Source of the DNA: Desulfobacterales bacterium
Lineage (GTDB): Bacteria; Desulfobacterota; Desulfobacteria; Desulfobacterales; UBA2174
DNA: 64,000 bases
Reading direction: 5' to 3'
Assembly (NCBI GenBank): GCA_963668645.2
Contig: CAXXWC010000021.1
Span: 960,001 to 1,024,000, forward strand
Shown: positions 27,542 through 38,067 of the stretch, one piece after another
Numbering within the stretch: position 1 is the stretch's first letter
Layout of the letters: each line of letters begins with the position of its first letter
Translations under genes and position numbers: made by a program
The notes under the pieces: model-generated
Database searches by the model: none
Told to the model about the DNA's origin: nothing
Seen by the model: the letters and a program-made list of their open reading frames with translations, nothing else

Positions 27542-30226
27542 ATGGGTATTTTTCACAGACATTCATCGGCATTGCGAAAGCAACTGTTCGTGTTGATTTT
27601 GATAATATTCATACCTATCTCAACCATCATACTTCTTTCCGAATACTACCATTATCGCCATAACATTGGAGACATTGACAAAAATGCCAAACACATGATC
27701 CGCCTCTTCAGTAAAGAGCAACTGAATATTATCAATCAAACCCGCCAGTTCCTCACTGTAATATCCAGTGTCCCTGCGATACAAAATTTACATCTTCCAG
27801 AATGCAATCGATTTTTGCATGAACTTCACAGAACTAACCGTCAATATTCGACTATCGTTGCGGCAGACAAAGACGGCCTTATAGATTGTTGTGCCATTCC
27901 GCTAAAACAGACCATTGACGTAAAAGATCGTAATTAGTTTCAGCGAATTAAAAAAAGTCGTGATTTTGTTATCGGTAACTTTATCATCAGTCGCTCCGCC
28001 CAAAAAGCTTCTATTCCTTTTGCATTTCCGATATTCAATTCCGAAAAAAAATTCATAGGTGCGGTAGGGGCGGCTTACGATCTGGAACACTACTCGACGA
28101 TCTTCGAAAAAATACTGCTCCCGATTGATTCAGTAATCTGTATCACGGATAGAAACGGTGTCTTACTTTACCAATCTATCTCAAGTAAAAAGTGTGTTGG
28201 AGCTAACATATTTGAATGCATGAATATATCCATTCCTCTATCAACAAAAGGACGTTTTGCTTGCAAGGATACGGAAGATATTGAACGCATATATTGGTTT
28301 GAAAGGCTTTCGATCGGAGAAAAAAACAACGAAATAATCATCCTGATTGGCATCCCAACACAAGAAATTTATTCAGAAATAAGCCGCACACTGATAACGA
28401 GCCTATCAACGATCGTCTTTCTTGCGTTACTATGCTTTTTTATGGCGTGGTTTTTCGGCAAAAAAGCTATTTTGGATCCTATCAATCATCTTGTCATCAG
28501 GATCCGGCGCATTCAGAAAGGAGATTTGAGCCCTTCAAGTGAAACAGTTACGCCACCCGGCGAGCTCAGAATGGTTGCCGAGGCCCTGAACGATATGTCA
28601 CGCAACCTTTCCCAGAAAGAAATGGAAAAAAATGAGGCCATAGCCGCTCTGAAAAACGAAATCACCGGACACAAAGAGACGGTAAAGGCATTGAGAGAGC
28701 GGGAAGAACACCTTCGAATCTTGTTCGAAGAGGCCGCCGATGCAGTATATGTCGCCAAGCCGGACGGATCTCTGGTGAAGGCTAACAAGCAAGCTTGCCG
28801 GGCATTGGGGTACACAGAAGGCGAAATTCTCAATCTGAACGTCATCGATATTGATGCAGATATCCCATCATCCGGAGCGCTGTTTGAGATCAGCCAACGC
28901 ATATCACAAGAAAATCCGATAACCATCGACACAATGCACCGTCGAAAGAATGGGACAACCCTTCCGGTTGAAATCACCATGTCTCTTTTGCAAACCCGCG
29001 AAGGACCTCAGGTGCTTGCCATAGCGCGCGACATCACCGAACGCCGGAAAGCCGAGGCTGAACGGGAGAATCTGCAAGCTCAACTGCAACAAGCTCAGAA
29101 GATGGAATACATCGGCCGCTTGGCCGGCGGCATTGCTCATGATTACAACAATGTTATCGGCATCATCATCGGTTTCTCGGAGTTGGCTCTGGACAAAGTC
29201 GGCCCGCAAGATCCGCTGCGCAACGATCTGAAAGAAATATATGCCGCCGCCGAGCGCTCCAAGGGCATTACCCGGCAATTGCTGGCCTTCGCCCGCAAGG
29301 ATATCATCGAACCTAAAGTGATCGATCCCAACTCCGGCGTTGAAAGTATGCTGACAATTCTCCGGCGCCTGATCGGAGAAGACATCGATCTGGTATGGGA
29401 TCCAGGGAAAAACGTTTGGCCGATCTTGATGGATCCGTCCCAATTCAGCCAGATTATAGCCAACCTGTGCATCAATGCCCGAGACGCGATTATCGACGTG
29501 GGCAAGATCATCATCGAAACGGCCAATGTTACCCTCGACCCGGCCGGTTGTGCCGTGCATGCGGAACATTCTCCCGGCGAGTTTGTACGGCTATCCGTAA
29601 ACGACGACGGTTGCGGTATCGATCCGGCAATACTGGACAAAATATTCGAGCCGTTCTTCACCACTAAGGAGGTCGGCCGCGGTACTGGCCTGGGACTCGC
29701 TACAGCTTACGGAATTGTTCAGCAAAACAACGGCTTCATCAAGGTCCACAGCGAACCGGGAAAAGGCGCCACCTTCCAGATTTACATCCCCAAACACGGG
29801 GAGGATATAACTGAAAAACACCGGCAGCATTTCAAAGCCCCCCCGCAAGGCAAAGGCGAGACAGTGCTGGTGGTTGAGGATGAAACCTCCATTTTAAAGC
29901 TTGCCAAACAGATCCTGAGCAAATACCATTACCAAGTTTTGGCGGCCAATAGCCCTTTTGAAGCCCTGGAATTGGCCAAGGCGTATGCCGGTCATATCGC
30001 CCTTCTGATCACCGATGTGGTGATGCCGAAAATGAACGGCCATGAACTTGCGCAACAGTTGAAATCCTTCCACCCGGATATGAAATGCATGTATATGTCA
30101 GGATATACCACTGACCTCATTGCTCATCGGGGCGTATTGGACGAGGGAGTCCAATTCATCCAGAAACCGTTCACACCCTATGATTTTGTCATCAAAATCC
30201 GTAGCGTATTGGATCAGAGTATCTAA
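27542..30226 (+). pseudogene. Cache-HAMP-PAS hybrid histidine kinase/receiver interrupted by one in-frame TAG (27935-27937)
   Basis: ORFs 27542-27937 and 28220-30226 share a frame that is open between them (DRN*FQRIKKSRDFVIG...); AGGIAHDYNN H-box, NLCINARDA, GTGLGL, REC domain. Confidence 0.8.
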
Positions 30227-30291
30227 ACGAGCCGTTCAGTTCCCCTACAGGAAATCATTCGATTGCTGAAATCTAAACAGGGAGTATTGCC

Positions 30292-31014
30292 ATGTATTCT
30301 GACTTTGAAACCATCTCCAATTATTACGACGCCTTGTATGTGAACGACAGGGAATACGCACCGGAAGCCGCCAGGGTAAAAGAACTGCTCACCCGCCATG
30401 GCCTTGCGCCGCAAGCTGATCTGCTTATCCTGGCCTGCGGCACGGGAGGACATGTTCCCTACTTCAAGGACGATTACAGTGTTTCCGGGCTGGATCTCAG
30501 CGAGGACATGCTTGCGCTGGCCAGGAAAAAATTTCCCCAGATCCCCTTTTATCCCGGCAACCTGATTAACTTTAAATTAGGGACGAATTTTGACGCCATG
30601 ATCTGCCTTTACGGGTCCATCGGGTTCGTCAAAACAGTGGAAAACCTGCGCGCCGCCATGAACACCATCGCCGCCCACCTGCGGCCCGATGGATTGGCGC
30701 TGATCACCCCCTGGAGTACGATCGAGGATTTTCAGGATCTTATGGTGGTCGATGCCGTCGACCGGCCGGATTTGAAAATCGCCCGCCTGGAACAGGTTCG
30801 CCTCAAAGAACCCAAAATTGTGGAAGTCACCTTCCACCACCTTCTCGGAAAAAACGATGAAGTAACCTACCATAAACAATCTATGGAAATCGGCCTTTTT
30901 TCGAGGGAAGAGTACCTATCGGCCATCGCCGGCGCAGGATTGAAAGTCGTGGAGGAATACCGGGAGGCAGATATTCGCGGTAGTGCGTATATCGGCAAAC
31001 GCGTCGCAGGGTAG
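30292..31014 (+). CDS. Class I SAM-dependent methyltransferase (resembles TylM1/DesVI-type sugar N-methyltransferases)
   Basis: YYDALY, LILACGTG, GLDLSEDML, FDAMICLYGSIG. Confidence 0.8.
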   Translation: MYSDFETISNYYDALYVNDREYAPEAARVKELLTRHGLAPQADLLILACGTGGHVPYFKDDYSVSGLDLSEDMLALARKKFPQIPFYPGNLINFKLGTNFDAMICLYGSIGFVKTVENLRAAMNTIAAHLRPDGLALITPWSTIEDFQDLMVVDAVDRPDLKIARLEQVRLKEPKIVEVTFHHLLGKNDEVTYHKQSMEIGLFSREEYLSAIAGAGLKVVEEYREADIRGSAYIGKRVAG

Positions 31015-31125
31015 ATGCAATCCGACAGCCTTCGCCGTTTTCGCTGCTTTCATAGCGCGCCGCCACTTCCAGTTCATCGGTAAAGCCGCAGGAAAGCTGC
31101 GCGAAAGGGTCGGTAATGAGCGCCT

Positions 31126-31902
31126 CTATTTTTCGTTCCACTTTTCAAAATGGACCCAGAGAACGGCGCCCAGTTCAACGTCCTTGTCCGCCCCATCGTG
31201 CTTGATTTTGAAATCGGCGCCGTTCAACGCGGCAAAGCCCCACCATCCCTCCTTGGGTGCACAGTAGGTAAACACGCCGTTACCGTCGGCCTTGATCGTT
31301 TGAGTGACCATGTAGTCGCTGGGGGCCTGGACCCTGCCATCGCTGTTGTTGTATTCGACTTCCACCTCGGCATAGGCAACCGGCTTGCCCTCAAGCTTGA
31401 CGATCCCCTGAAAGACGTTGCCGGCGTAGAGCCCGAACGGTTTCGACAGCGGTACGATTTCGGTTTTCAGCCCCACCTCGGCATCCCAGCCCTCATCGTC
31501 CCCAAAAGCCGCCACCACGGTCTTGGTGTAGTGAATGATGAAACAGTCCTCGGCCGATTCCCAGTAGGGGGCAGGCTCCATGACGAAAATATAGGCCCCG
31601 GGACGCTGAATCTTGAAATCGAGACGATAGGCAGGATGCCCCATAACCTCGACGGGTTTCAGGGCGGACAGAAGATCCTGGGTACGGCCGGCGGCAGTGA
31701 CCGTTACGGCCTTGGGCTTGACCAGGTCCATGCCGACCCGCTCAAACGGGTGGGAAAAAGACAAAGTCAGGGCAACGGTGCGCGCTTCGTCCGGCATGAC
31801 CATGGCATCGCTGGGAATCATCATGCCGAAATGGGCTGCCGCCGGTCCGGCCAAACCGAGGATCACTCCGGCGCAAATCACCATCCGTAAGAATCGTTTC
31901 AT
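31126..31902 (-). CDS. DUF4198 periplasmic protein (Co/Ni uptake-associated)
   Basis: Signal peptide ending AAA|H, HPFE, PYWESAED..IIHYTK, GWWGFAAL. Confidence 0.8.
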   Translation of the reverse strand: MKRFLRMVICAGVILGLAGPAAAHFGMMIPSDAMVMPDEARTVALTLSFSHPFERVGMDLVKPKAVTVTAAGRTQDLLSALKPVEVMGHPAYRLDFKIQRPGAYIFVMEPAPYWESAEDCFIIHYTKTVVAAFGDDEGWDAEVGLKTEIVPLSKPFGLYAGNVFQGIVKLEGKPVAYAEVEVEYNNSDGRVQAPSDYMVTQTIKADGNGVFTYCAPKEGWWGFAALNGADFKIKHDGADKDVELGAVLWVHFEKWNEK

Positions 31903-32240
31903 CTTTTGCCTCCTTGGGGCAGCGGCTGTAAAAAGATACCGATCCGGAGCGCATCTTCGTGATGTGCGATTACCCGCGGCAGCATGCGGCCATGGTTTTG
32001 ATCATAAAATTCGATAAGATACGGCGAGTTTCGAGGCACGTCGTGTGCGTGATTGATGACAACCGCTTATAGGCCAAAGAGATATTTCTGTCAATCCTGG
32101 TGCCGGAAAAGAGGACAGCGTATCTTATTTGTTCGACTTCAAAAAACTCATCCGGCAGCAGGAATCAGTCCTCATCCTCAGATTCGTTGCCAAGATCAAA
32201 GCCGGAGAAAGGAAGAAAAGGAAGGCGCTTCAATTTTTTA

Positions 32241-32283
32241 TTGACATGCATTCCCGGTTACCCATAAATTGGTCCAACCATTT
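32241..32283 (+). promoter_or_regulatory. Sigma70 promoter with overlapping FadR-subfamily (LldR/PdhR-type) operator
   Basis: TTGACA at 32241; AATTGGTCCAACCATTT palindrome at 32267-32283 overlapping the -10 region. Confidence 0.7.
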
Positions 32284-32332
32284 TCATTCGGTATGCAGAT
32301 TTAGCCGATACAAGATACGGCAGGGGGTTGTT

Positions 32333-33877
32333 ATGCCTTTCCTGGCTCAATGGATTCTGGCCTTTTCCCCGATCGGGGTGGTTCTGGTCTTGATGATTGG
32401 GTTGAACTGGGGTGGCAGCCGGGCGGGCGCCGCCGGCTGGTTTACCGCCATGTTCGTATCGCTGGCGGCCTTCGGCGCCCATCCGCGGCTGTTGGCCTAC
32501 TCGCAAGCCAAGGCTGCCCTGCTCTCCTTGAACGTGCTGTACATCATCTGGCCGGCCCTGCTGCTTTACCACGTGGCCCGGGAGGCGGGGGCTATCGAGG
32601 CGATCGGCCGCGGCATCCAGCGTTTTTCCGGCGACAAGGCCATCCAGTTGATCATCTTCGGATGGATCTTCAGCTCCTTTCTGCAGGGAGTGGCCGGCTA
32701 TGGTGTGCCCATCGCGGTCGTGGCCCCCCTGCTGCTCGGTTTAGGATTTTCCCCGGTGGTAGCGGTGGCCGTGCCGGCCATCGGGCACTGCTGGTCGGTG
32801 ACCTTCGGTTCCATGGGGGCCTCCTTTCAGGCCTTGATGGCCGTTTCAGGCTATGACTTTGCCTATCTGGCCCCGGCCTGCGCCCTGCTTCTGGGTCTGG
32901 CGACATTCCTGTGCGGAATTGCGTCCATCCATGTCTTCGGCGGGTTCAGACTGGTGCGCCACAGCGCGGCCGCCCTGCTTGTCGTCGGTACGGCGATGGC
33001 CGGGACCCAGTATGGATTGGCCGTCTGCGGCATGTGGACCCTCGGCGGTGTCGGCGCGAGTCTGGCCGGCATACTGGCGGGCCTCTGGGTCGCCCGCTTC
33101 GACTGCTATCAGAGGCCCGCAGAACCGTTTACCGCCCCCTCGGGCCTGCCTTTGGGGTGGGCCATGGCAGCCTACCTGATCCTGATCGGGGTCGTTTTCG
33201 CCGGCGTTTTGGTCACCCCGCTCAAATCCTTTCTGGGGCGGATCAACATCGCACTCAGCTTTCCCGAAATCGTTTCTTTGGCAGGCTGGACGGTCCCGGC
33301 CGGAAAAGGTAAGGCCATCAACGTCTTCGGCCACGGCGGCGCACTGCTCACCTATGCAACCGTGATCAGCTATGGGCTGTACCGGGCCCGGGGCCTCTGC
33401 CGTCCGGGTGCATGGCGCCGGATCTGGTCCCGATCGGTCAAAAATGGGGTGCCTACGAGCCTCGGGATCGTAACCATGGTCAGCTTTGCCATGATCATGG
33501 ACCACTGCGGCATGAACTATTTGCTCGCCAAGGGTATCGGCTCCGTTTTCGGAGCCGTCTATCCCTTCGTATCGCCATGGATCGGACTGCTGGGGGCTTT
33601 CATGACGGGCAGCAATACGAATTCGAATGTGGTCTTCGGCGTCCTGCAGAAAGAGGCCGCCGAACTGACCGGGGTCGCAGCGGCGCTTATCCTGGCGGCC
33701 CAGACCACAGGTGGCGCTCTAGGCAGCATGATCGCACCGGCAAAGATCATCGTCGGTTGTTCCACCGTCGGCCTGGCCGGCAAGGAGGGCCCGGTGCTGC
33801 GGGCCACCCTCGGTTACGGGCTGCTGATCACGGCCCTGATCGGCCTGGTGACCCTGGCCGCGGCCGGCTTGAGTTAG
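32333..33877 (+). CDS. L-lactate permease (LctP) family transporter
   Basis: FLQGVAGYGVP, VTFGSMG, GAFMTGSNTNSNVVF, GSMIAPAKI; probable start MPFLAQ. Confidence 0.88.
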   Translation: MPFLAQWILAFSPIGVVLVLMIGLNWGGSRAGAAGWFTAMFVSLAAFGAHPRLLAYSQAKAALLSLNVLYIIWPALLLYHVAREAGAIEAIGRGIQRFSGDKAIQLIIFGWIFSSFLQGVAGYGVPIAVVAPLLLGLGFSPVVAVAVPAIGHCWSVTFGSMGASFQALMAVSGYDFAYLAPACALLLGLATFLCGIASIHVFGGFRLVRHSAAALLVVGTAMAGTQYGLAVCGMWTLGGVGASLAGILAGLWVARFDCYQRPAEPFTAPSGLPLGWAMAAYLILIGVVFAGVLVTPLKSFLGRINIALSFPEIVSLAGWTVPAGKGKAINVFGHGGALLTYATVISYGLYRARGLCRPGAWRRIWSRSVKNGVPTSLGIVTMVSFAMIMDHCGMNYLLAKGIGSVFGAVYPFVSPWIGLLGAFMTGSNTNSNVVFGVLQKEAAELTGVAAALILAAQTTGGALGSMIAPAKIIVGCSTVGLAGKEGPVLRATLGYGLLITALIGLVTLAAAGLS

Positions 33878-33909
33878 CCCGGCGCGCATCCCGGGCAGGT
33901 TGAAAAGCG

Positions 33910-34131
33910 ATGGTCTTCTGTAGTGGAGGAAACTTCTTGGCACACCAAACACTTCGATCGATCCTGGCCCGGGTGCGCACCTGGAAAGGCACCAAAGGCG
34001 CCGTGCTGATGGCCCTGCTGATTCTCCCCTTCGTGCTGTACCAGGCCGCCGCCAGATTCCCCGGACAGGCGACCACCGGGATGTTGGTGATGTTCGCCCT
34101 GTTAATGCTGTTTGTCTTGCTGGAAGGATGA
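33910..34131 (+). CDS. Small two-TM hypothetical membrane protein
   Basis: Two hydrophobic segments; stop overlaps the next ATG (ATGA); start uncertain. Confidence 0.5.
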   Translation: MVFCSGGNFLAHQTLRSILARVRTWKGTKGAVLMALLILPFVLYQAAARFPGQATTGMLVMFALLMLFVLLEG

Positions 34132-34928
34132 TCATGGCACCCAATCCGCCCAAATCGTCAGGCGAATCTGCGGCCCAAAGCCTCAGGGCCGTACGTAAGG
34201 CCAAGCTGCACGAACAGATCGTCAGTCAGGTGCGCGAGCTGATCAGTGCCGGTCGTCTCAACTCCGGCGATCGGCTCCCCCCGGAACGCGAACTGGCGGA
34301 AATCTTCAACGTCAGCCGGCATTCGGTCAGGGAGGCGATCCGCGTCATGGAGCACCAGGGGCTGGTGCAAAGCCGGCCCGGCAGCGGAACCTTCGTCGTA
34401 GTCGGAGACGCAACCGGGCTGGTGGACATCCTGGCCATGGCCATCCATCAGGAAAAAGACAAGCTCAGTGAAATCTTCGAGTTGCGCCGCCTACTGGAAC
34501 CTCAGATCGCCGGTCTGGCGGCCGAAAATGCCAGCGCGCAGGATCTGGTGCAACTGGAGCAGGTTTATCAGTCCCACCTCAACCATCTGGATGACCAAAT
34601 CGCAGCCGGCCATGGCGATCACGCGTTTCATCTGGCGCTGGCGGCCGCTTCCGGCAACAGCATCCTGATCAAGGTCGTCGACCTACTCGGCGATCTGCTC
34701 TCACAAAGCCGGGCCGAGTATTCCCAGAGCGTTCGGCGCCGGCAGCTCTCCGCAGAGGGACACGAAGAGATTTTCAGGGCCGTTGCGGCCCACGACGCAC
34801 AAATGGCCATCACCGCCATGACGCGCCACCTGATGATGATCGAGGAAGTCGTGCTGCAAAAGGAAAATCGGACCGATCCACCAACGGACGACGGCGTTCC
34901 GGATTCGCAGTGCCCCGTAGGAAAATAG
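34128..34928 (+). CDS. GntR/FadR family regulator
   Basis: GDRLPPERELAEIFNVSRHSVREA wHTH; FCD domain DHAFHLALA..SGN. Confidence 0.93.
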   Translation: MIMAPNPPKSSGESAAQSLRAVRKAKLHEQIVSQVRELISAGRLNSGDRLPPERELAEIFNVSRHSVREAIRVMEHQGLVQSRPGSGTFVVVGDATGLVDILAMAIHQEKDKLSEIFELRRLLEPQIAGLAAENASAQDLVQLEQVYQSHLNHLDDQIAAGHGDHAFHLALAAASGNSILIKVVDLLGDLLSQSRAEYSQSVRRRQLSAEGHEEIFRAVAAHDAQMAITAMTRHLMMIEEVVLQKENRTDPPTDDGVPDSQCPVGK

Positions 34929-34958
34929 ACCGCCAACGTCCACAACATAGAGGGAGGA

Positions 34959-35942
34959 ATGAGAATGGCTAGAAGCAAGGCGTGGCTGAGGTATTTGGCG
35001 ACTGGGATGATGGTTGCGGTGCTGGTGGCCGTTGGGCCGGCCGGCTGGGCAGCGGCGGATTATCCGAACAAAAACATCAAGTGCATTGTTGTCTGGCGCG
35101 CAGGTGGCGGCGCGGATACGGCGACCCGAATTTTCACCAAGTACTTCGAACAATTCATCGGCCAGCAGGTGATCGTGCAGAACATCACCGGCGGAGGGGC
35201 CAGCGTCGGGTATATGGCGGCCAAAACGGCCCGCCCGGACGGCTATACCTTAGTAACCATACAGGGAGATCTGCCCAAATTCAAACCGATGGCGCTGGCA
35301 CCCATCGCGGCGGAAGATTACGACATTCTCGAAGGCTACGCCTACCAGGCCCCGGTGGTGGTGGTGCGCAAGGACGCGCCCTGGAAAACCATCGATGAAT
35401 TCGTTGCCGACTGCAAGGCCCACCCGGGCAAACGCACCATCGGCATCTCGGACATCGGCGGCACTTACCATCAGCCGATGGTGCTGTGGATGGATGCTGC
35501 CGGCTTCGAAGCCAAGGCCATCGCCCACCCCGGATCACCGCAGCAGACCGCGGCTTTGTTGGGCGGGCATGTGGATGCCAATATCACCTGGGTGCGCCCC
35601 AACATCCCCTACATCAAGGAAGGCACGCTCCGGTTTCTGGCCTATATGGGCTCCGAGCGCCTCGAGGACTACCCGGATGTTCCAACCCTCAAGGAAAAAG
35701 GCTGGGACATCGCCTGGGAGCACCCCTACGGCATTGGCGGCCCCAAAGGATTGCCCGCAGATGTCAAGGCCAAAATTTCAGCGGCGACCCAAAAGGTTTG
35801 GAATGTGCCCGAGTTTGCTAGGGATCTTAAATCCCTTGGGCTGGTTCTTTACCGGCTGGACGCCAAGGCCTACACCGCCCACATGCTCAAAATGGAGGCG
35901 GACATGACCAAGGCCATCGCGCTGATCAACGCTACCAAGTAA
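34959..35942 (+). CDS. tctC: Tripartite tricarboxylate transporter substrate-binding protein (TctC/Bug)
   Basis: Signal peptide, YPNKNI, AGGGAD, NITGGGASVG, PDVPTLKE. Confidence 0.9.
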   Translation: MRMARSKAWLRYLATGMMVAVLVAVGPAGWAAADYPNKNIKCIVVWRAGGGADTATRIFTKYFEQFIGQQVIVQNITGGGASVGYMAAKTARPDGYTLVTIQGDLPKFKPMALAPIAAEDYDILEGYAYQAPVVVVRKDAPWKTIDEFVADCKAHPGKRTIGISDIGGTYHQPMVLWMDAAGFEAKAIAHPGSPQQTAALLGGHVDANITWVRPNIPYIKEGTLRFLAYMGSERLEDYPDVPTLKEKGWDIAWEHPYGIGGPKGLPADVKAKISAATQKVWNVPEFARDLKSLGLVLYRLDAKAYTAHMLKMEADMTKAIALINATK

Positions 35943-36002
35943 GACGCCCGAGCGACCTGGACGCCGTGCGACGTCCAGGGCGCAACATCGAAGAGGTCTC
36001 CC

Positions 36003-36518
36003 ATGATTGCCGAATGGATCGTCAGCGTCATGACGCTGATCATGAGTATCGCATTTTTTGTGACTACTTTTTCTTTTCCCCGCCTGCCGGCCGACCCGGC
36101 CGGACTAGCTCTGTTTCCACGCATCCTTTGCATCATCGCAGCCGTGTTCGCCTCGATTCTGATCGGCCAACTGGTGGCGCGGACCCGGGCCGGCGAGGGA
36201 TCGACCCTGGACTTTCTCAGGGCCTTGGGACGCGACGCCTGGCGCCGGGGTGCCTGCGGTGAAAAGGACGCTCAAATGCGGCGCATGACCTTGGTGATCG
36301 TTTTTAGCGTCTGCTATCCGTGGTTGATCATCCGGGCCGGTTTCATGGCTGCCACGGCGGCCTATGCCTTCATTTTGATGCGCCTGTTCAAGACCAGGGT
36401 CCTTCCCAGCATCCTGCTGTCGATCTTCGTGGCTGTGGCCCTGTACCTGTTTTTTGCACAACTGCTCCAGGCATACGTGCCCACCGGCACATGGCTTGAG
36501 CTCTTGATGGACTACTAA
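36003..36518 (+). CDS. tctB: TctB family small permease subunit
   Basis: About 4 TM segments, FPR motif, between tctC and tctA. Confidence 0.85.
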   Translation: MIAEWIVSVMTLIMSIAFFVTTFSFPRLPADPAGLALFPRILCIIAAVFASILIGQLVARTRAGEGSTLDFLRALGRDAWRRGACGEKDAQMRRMTLVIVFSVCYPWLIIRAGFMAATAAYAFILMRLFKTRVLPSILLSIFVAVALYLFFAQLLQAYVPTGTWLELLMDY

Positions 36519-36540
36519 TGCCGACACAGGGATAATATCG

Positions 36541-38067
36541 ATGGAAACGTTGATCAGCGCCTTCGGCCTCTTGATGGCTCCCCAGCATCTCGTTTTAATG
36601 GTAACGGCCGTTTTCGGCGGGGTGATGGTGGGAGCCGCCCCCGGGTTGACCTCCACCATGGCCATCGGCCTGTTGATTCCGCTGACTTTCGGGTTTTCCG
36701 AATATACAGCCTTCATCCTCATGCTGGGTATCTACTGCGGGGCCATGTACGGCGGCTCGATCACCGCCATCTTGATGAACGTGCCCGGCACGCCCACCGC
36801 GGCCATCACCGCCATCGAGGGACACCAGATGACCGCCAGGGGCCAGGGTGGATTGGCCTTGGGGGTAGCCACGCTCTCCTCGGCCCTGGGCGGCTTGCTG
36901 AGCTGCGTGGTTCTGATCACCCTCTCTTTGTACCTGGCCAAGGTAGCCACCATGTTCGGTAGCCCGGAGTATTTTTCCCTGGCGTTGTTCGCTGTTGCGG
37001 TGGTTTTTTCCCTTTCGAGCCGTTCGGTGGTCAAAGGGATGATTTCTTCGGTAATCGGGCTCCTGCTCGGAACAGTAGGTATCGATCCGGTGGCGCAATA
37101 TCCGCGTTTTACCTTCGGCGTGCAGGACATCATGATCGGCATTCCGGAAGTACCGGCCGTTATCGGTCTGTTCTGCGTCGCCGAAGCCTTCCGCATGGCC
37201 GAAAGCACCAAGCGGACCAGCCAAATCCAGCAGCACGCCTCAGGCCTGTCAATCGCCTACCGCTACCTCCCACGACTGTGGAAGACGATTCTCAGATCCA
37301 GCGCCATCGGCTGCGTTGTCGGTACCCTGCCCGGCACCGGCGCCATGATGGGCTCGTACATCGCCTATGGGGAGGCCAAGCGGACTTCCAAGCATCCGGA
37401 AGAATTCGGCAAAGGGGCCGTTGAGGGAGTTTGCGCCAGTGAATCGGCCAACAACGCCGTAACCGGGGGGGCGCTGGTGCCGCTGCTGACCCTCGGGATT
37501 CCGGGCGATCCCAATACACTGATGATGCTCGGGGCCATGACCGTTCACGGATTGATCCCCGGCCCCACCCTCTTCCACGAGCAAGCGACCCTGGTATACG
37601 TCATTTTCGGCACCATGATCTTATGCAACCTGCTGATCCTGCCCATCGGCTTGATGCTGGCCCCGCGCATCGCCAAAGTAGCCCTGATCAACAAAAAATA
37701 CCTCATGCCCGCGGTATCCGTTCTGGCCATCACCGGTGCCTCCATCGGTTACGGGCATATTTACTATTTTTGGATCTCGGTAATCTTCGGAGTCGTGGGC
37801 TACATCATGGAAAAGGGCGGCTTCTCGGTTCTGGCCATGGCGATGTGCATCATTCTCGGCCCGCTGATGGAGCGCTATTTCCGCTCTTCGCTGATGCTGC
37901 CCGACGCCGGTCCGATGCTCTTTTTATCGCGTCCCTTGTCCCTGCTTTTTATCCTGTTGTCGATTCTGATCGTTTTTTTCGGACTGCGCCGTGAATTCAA
38001 GATGCGGGCCATGGAAAGACGGCTGGCCGCCGCGCAGTCTCTAAAGGAGGCCGCCGATGTCAGATGA
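36541..38067 (+). CDS. tctA: TctA family large permease subunit
   Basis: GAAPGL, YGGSITAILMNVPGTP, ESANNA, PLLTLGIPG. Confidence 0.93.
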   Translation: METLISAFGLLMAPQHLVLMVTAVFGGVMVGAAPGLTSTMAIGLLIPLTFGFSEYTAFILMLGIYCGAMYGGSITAILMNVPGTPTAAITAIEGHQMTARGQGGLALGVATLSSALGGLLSCVVLITLSLYLAKVATMFGSPEYFSLALFAVAVVFSLSSRSVVKGMISSVIGLLLGTVGIDPVAQYPRFTFGVQDIMIGIPEVPAVIGLFCVAEAFRMAESTKRTSQIQQHASGLSIAYRYLPRLWKTILRSSAIGCVVGTLPGTGAMMGSYIAYGEAKRTSKHPEEFGKGAVEGVCASESANNAVTGGALVPLLTLGIPGDPNTLMMLGAMTVHGLIPGPTLFHEQATLVYVIFGTMILCNLLILPIGLMLAPRIAKVALINKKYLMPAVSVLAITGASIGYGHIYYFWISVIFGVVGYIMEKGGFSVLAMAMCIILGPLMERYFRSSLMLPDAGPMLFLSRPLSLLFILLSILIVFFGLRREFKMRAMERRLAAAQSLKEAADVR

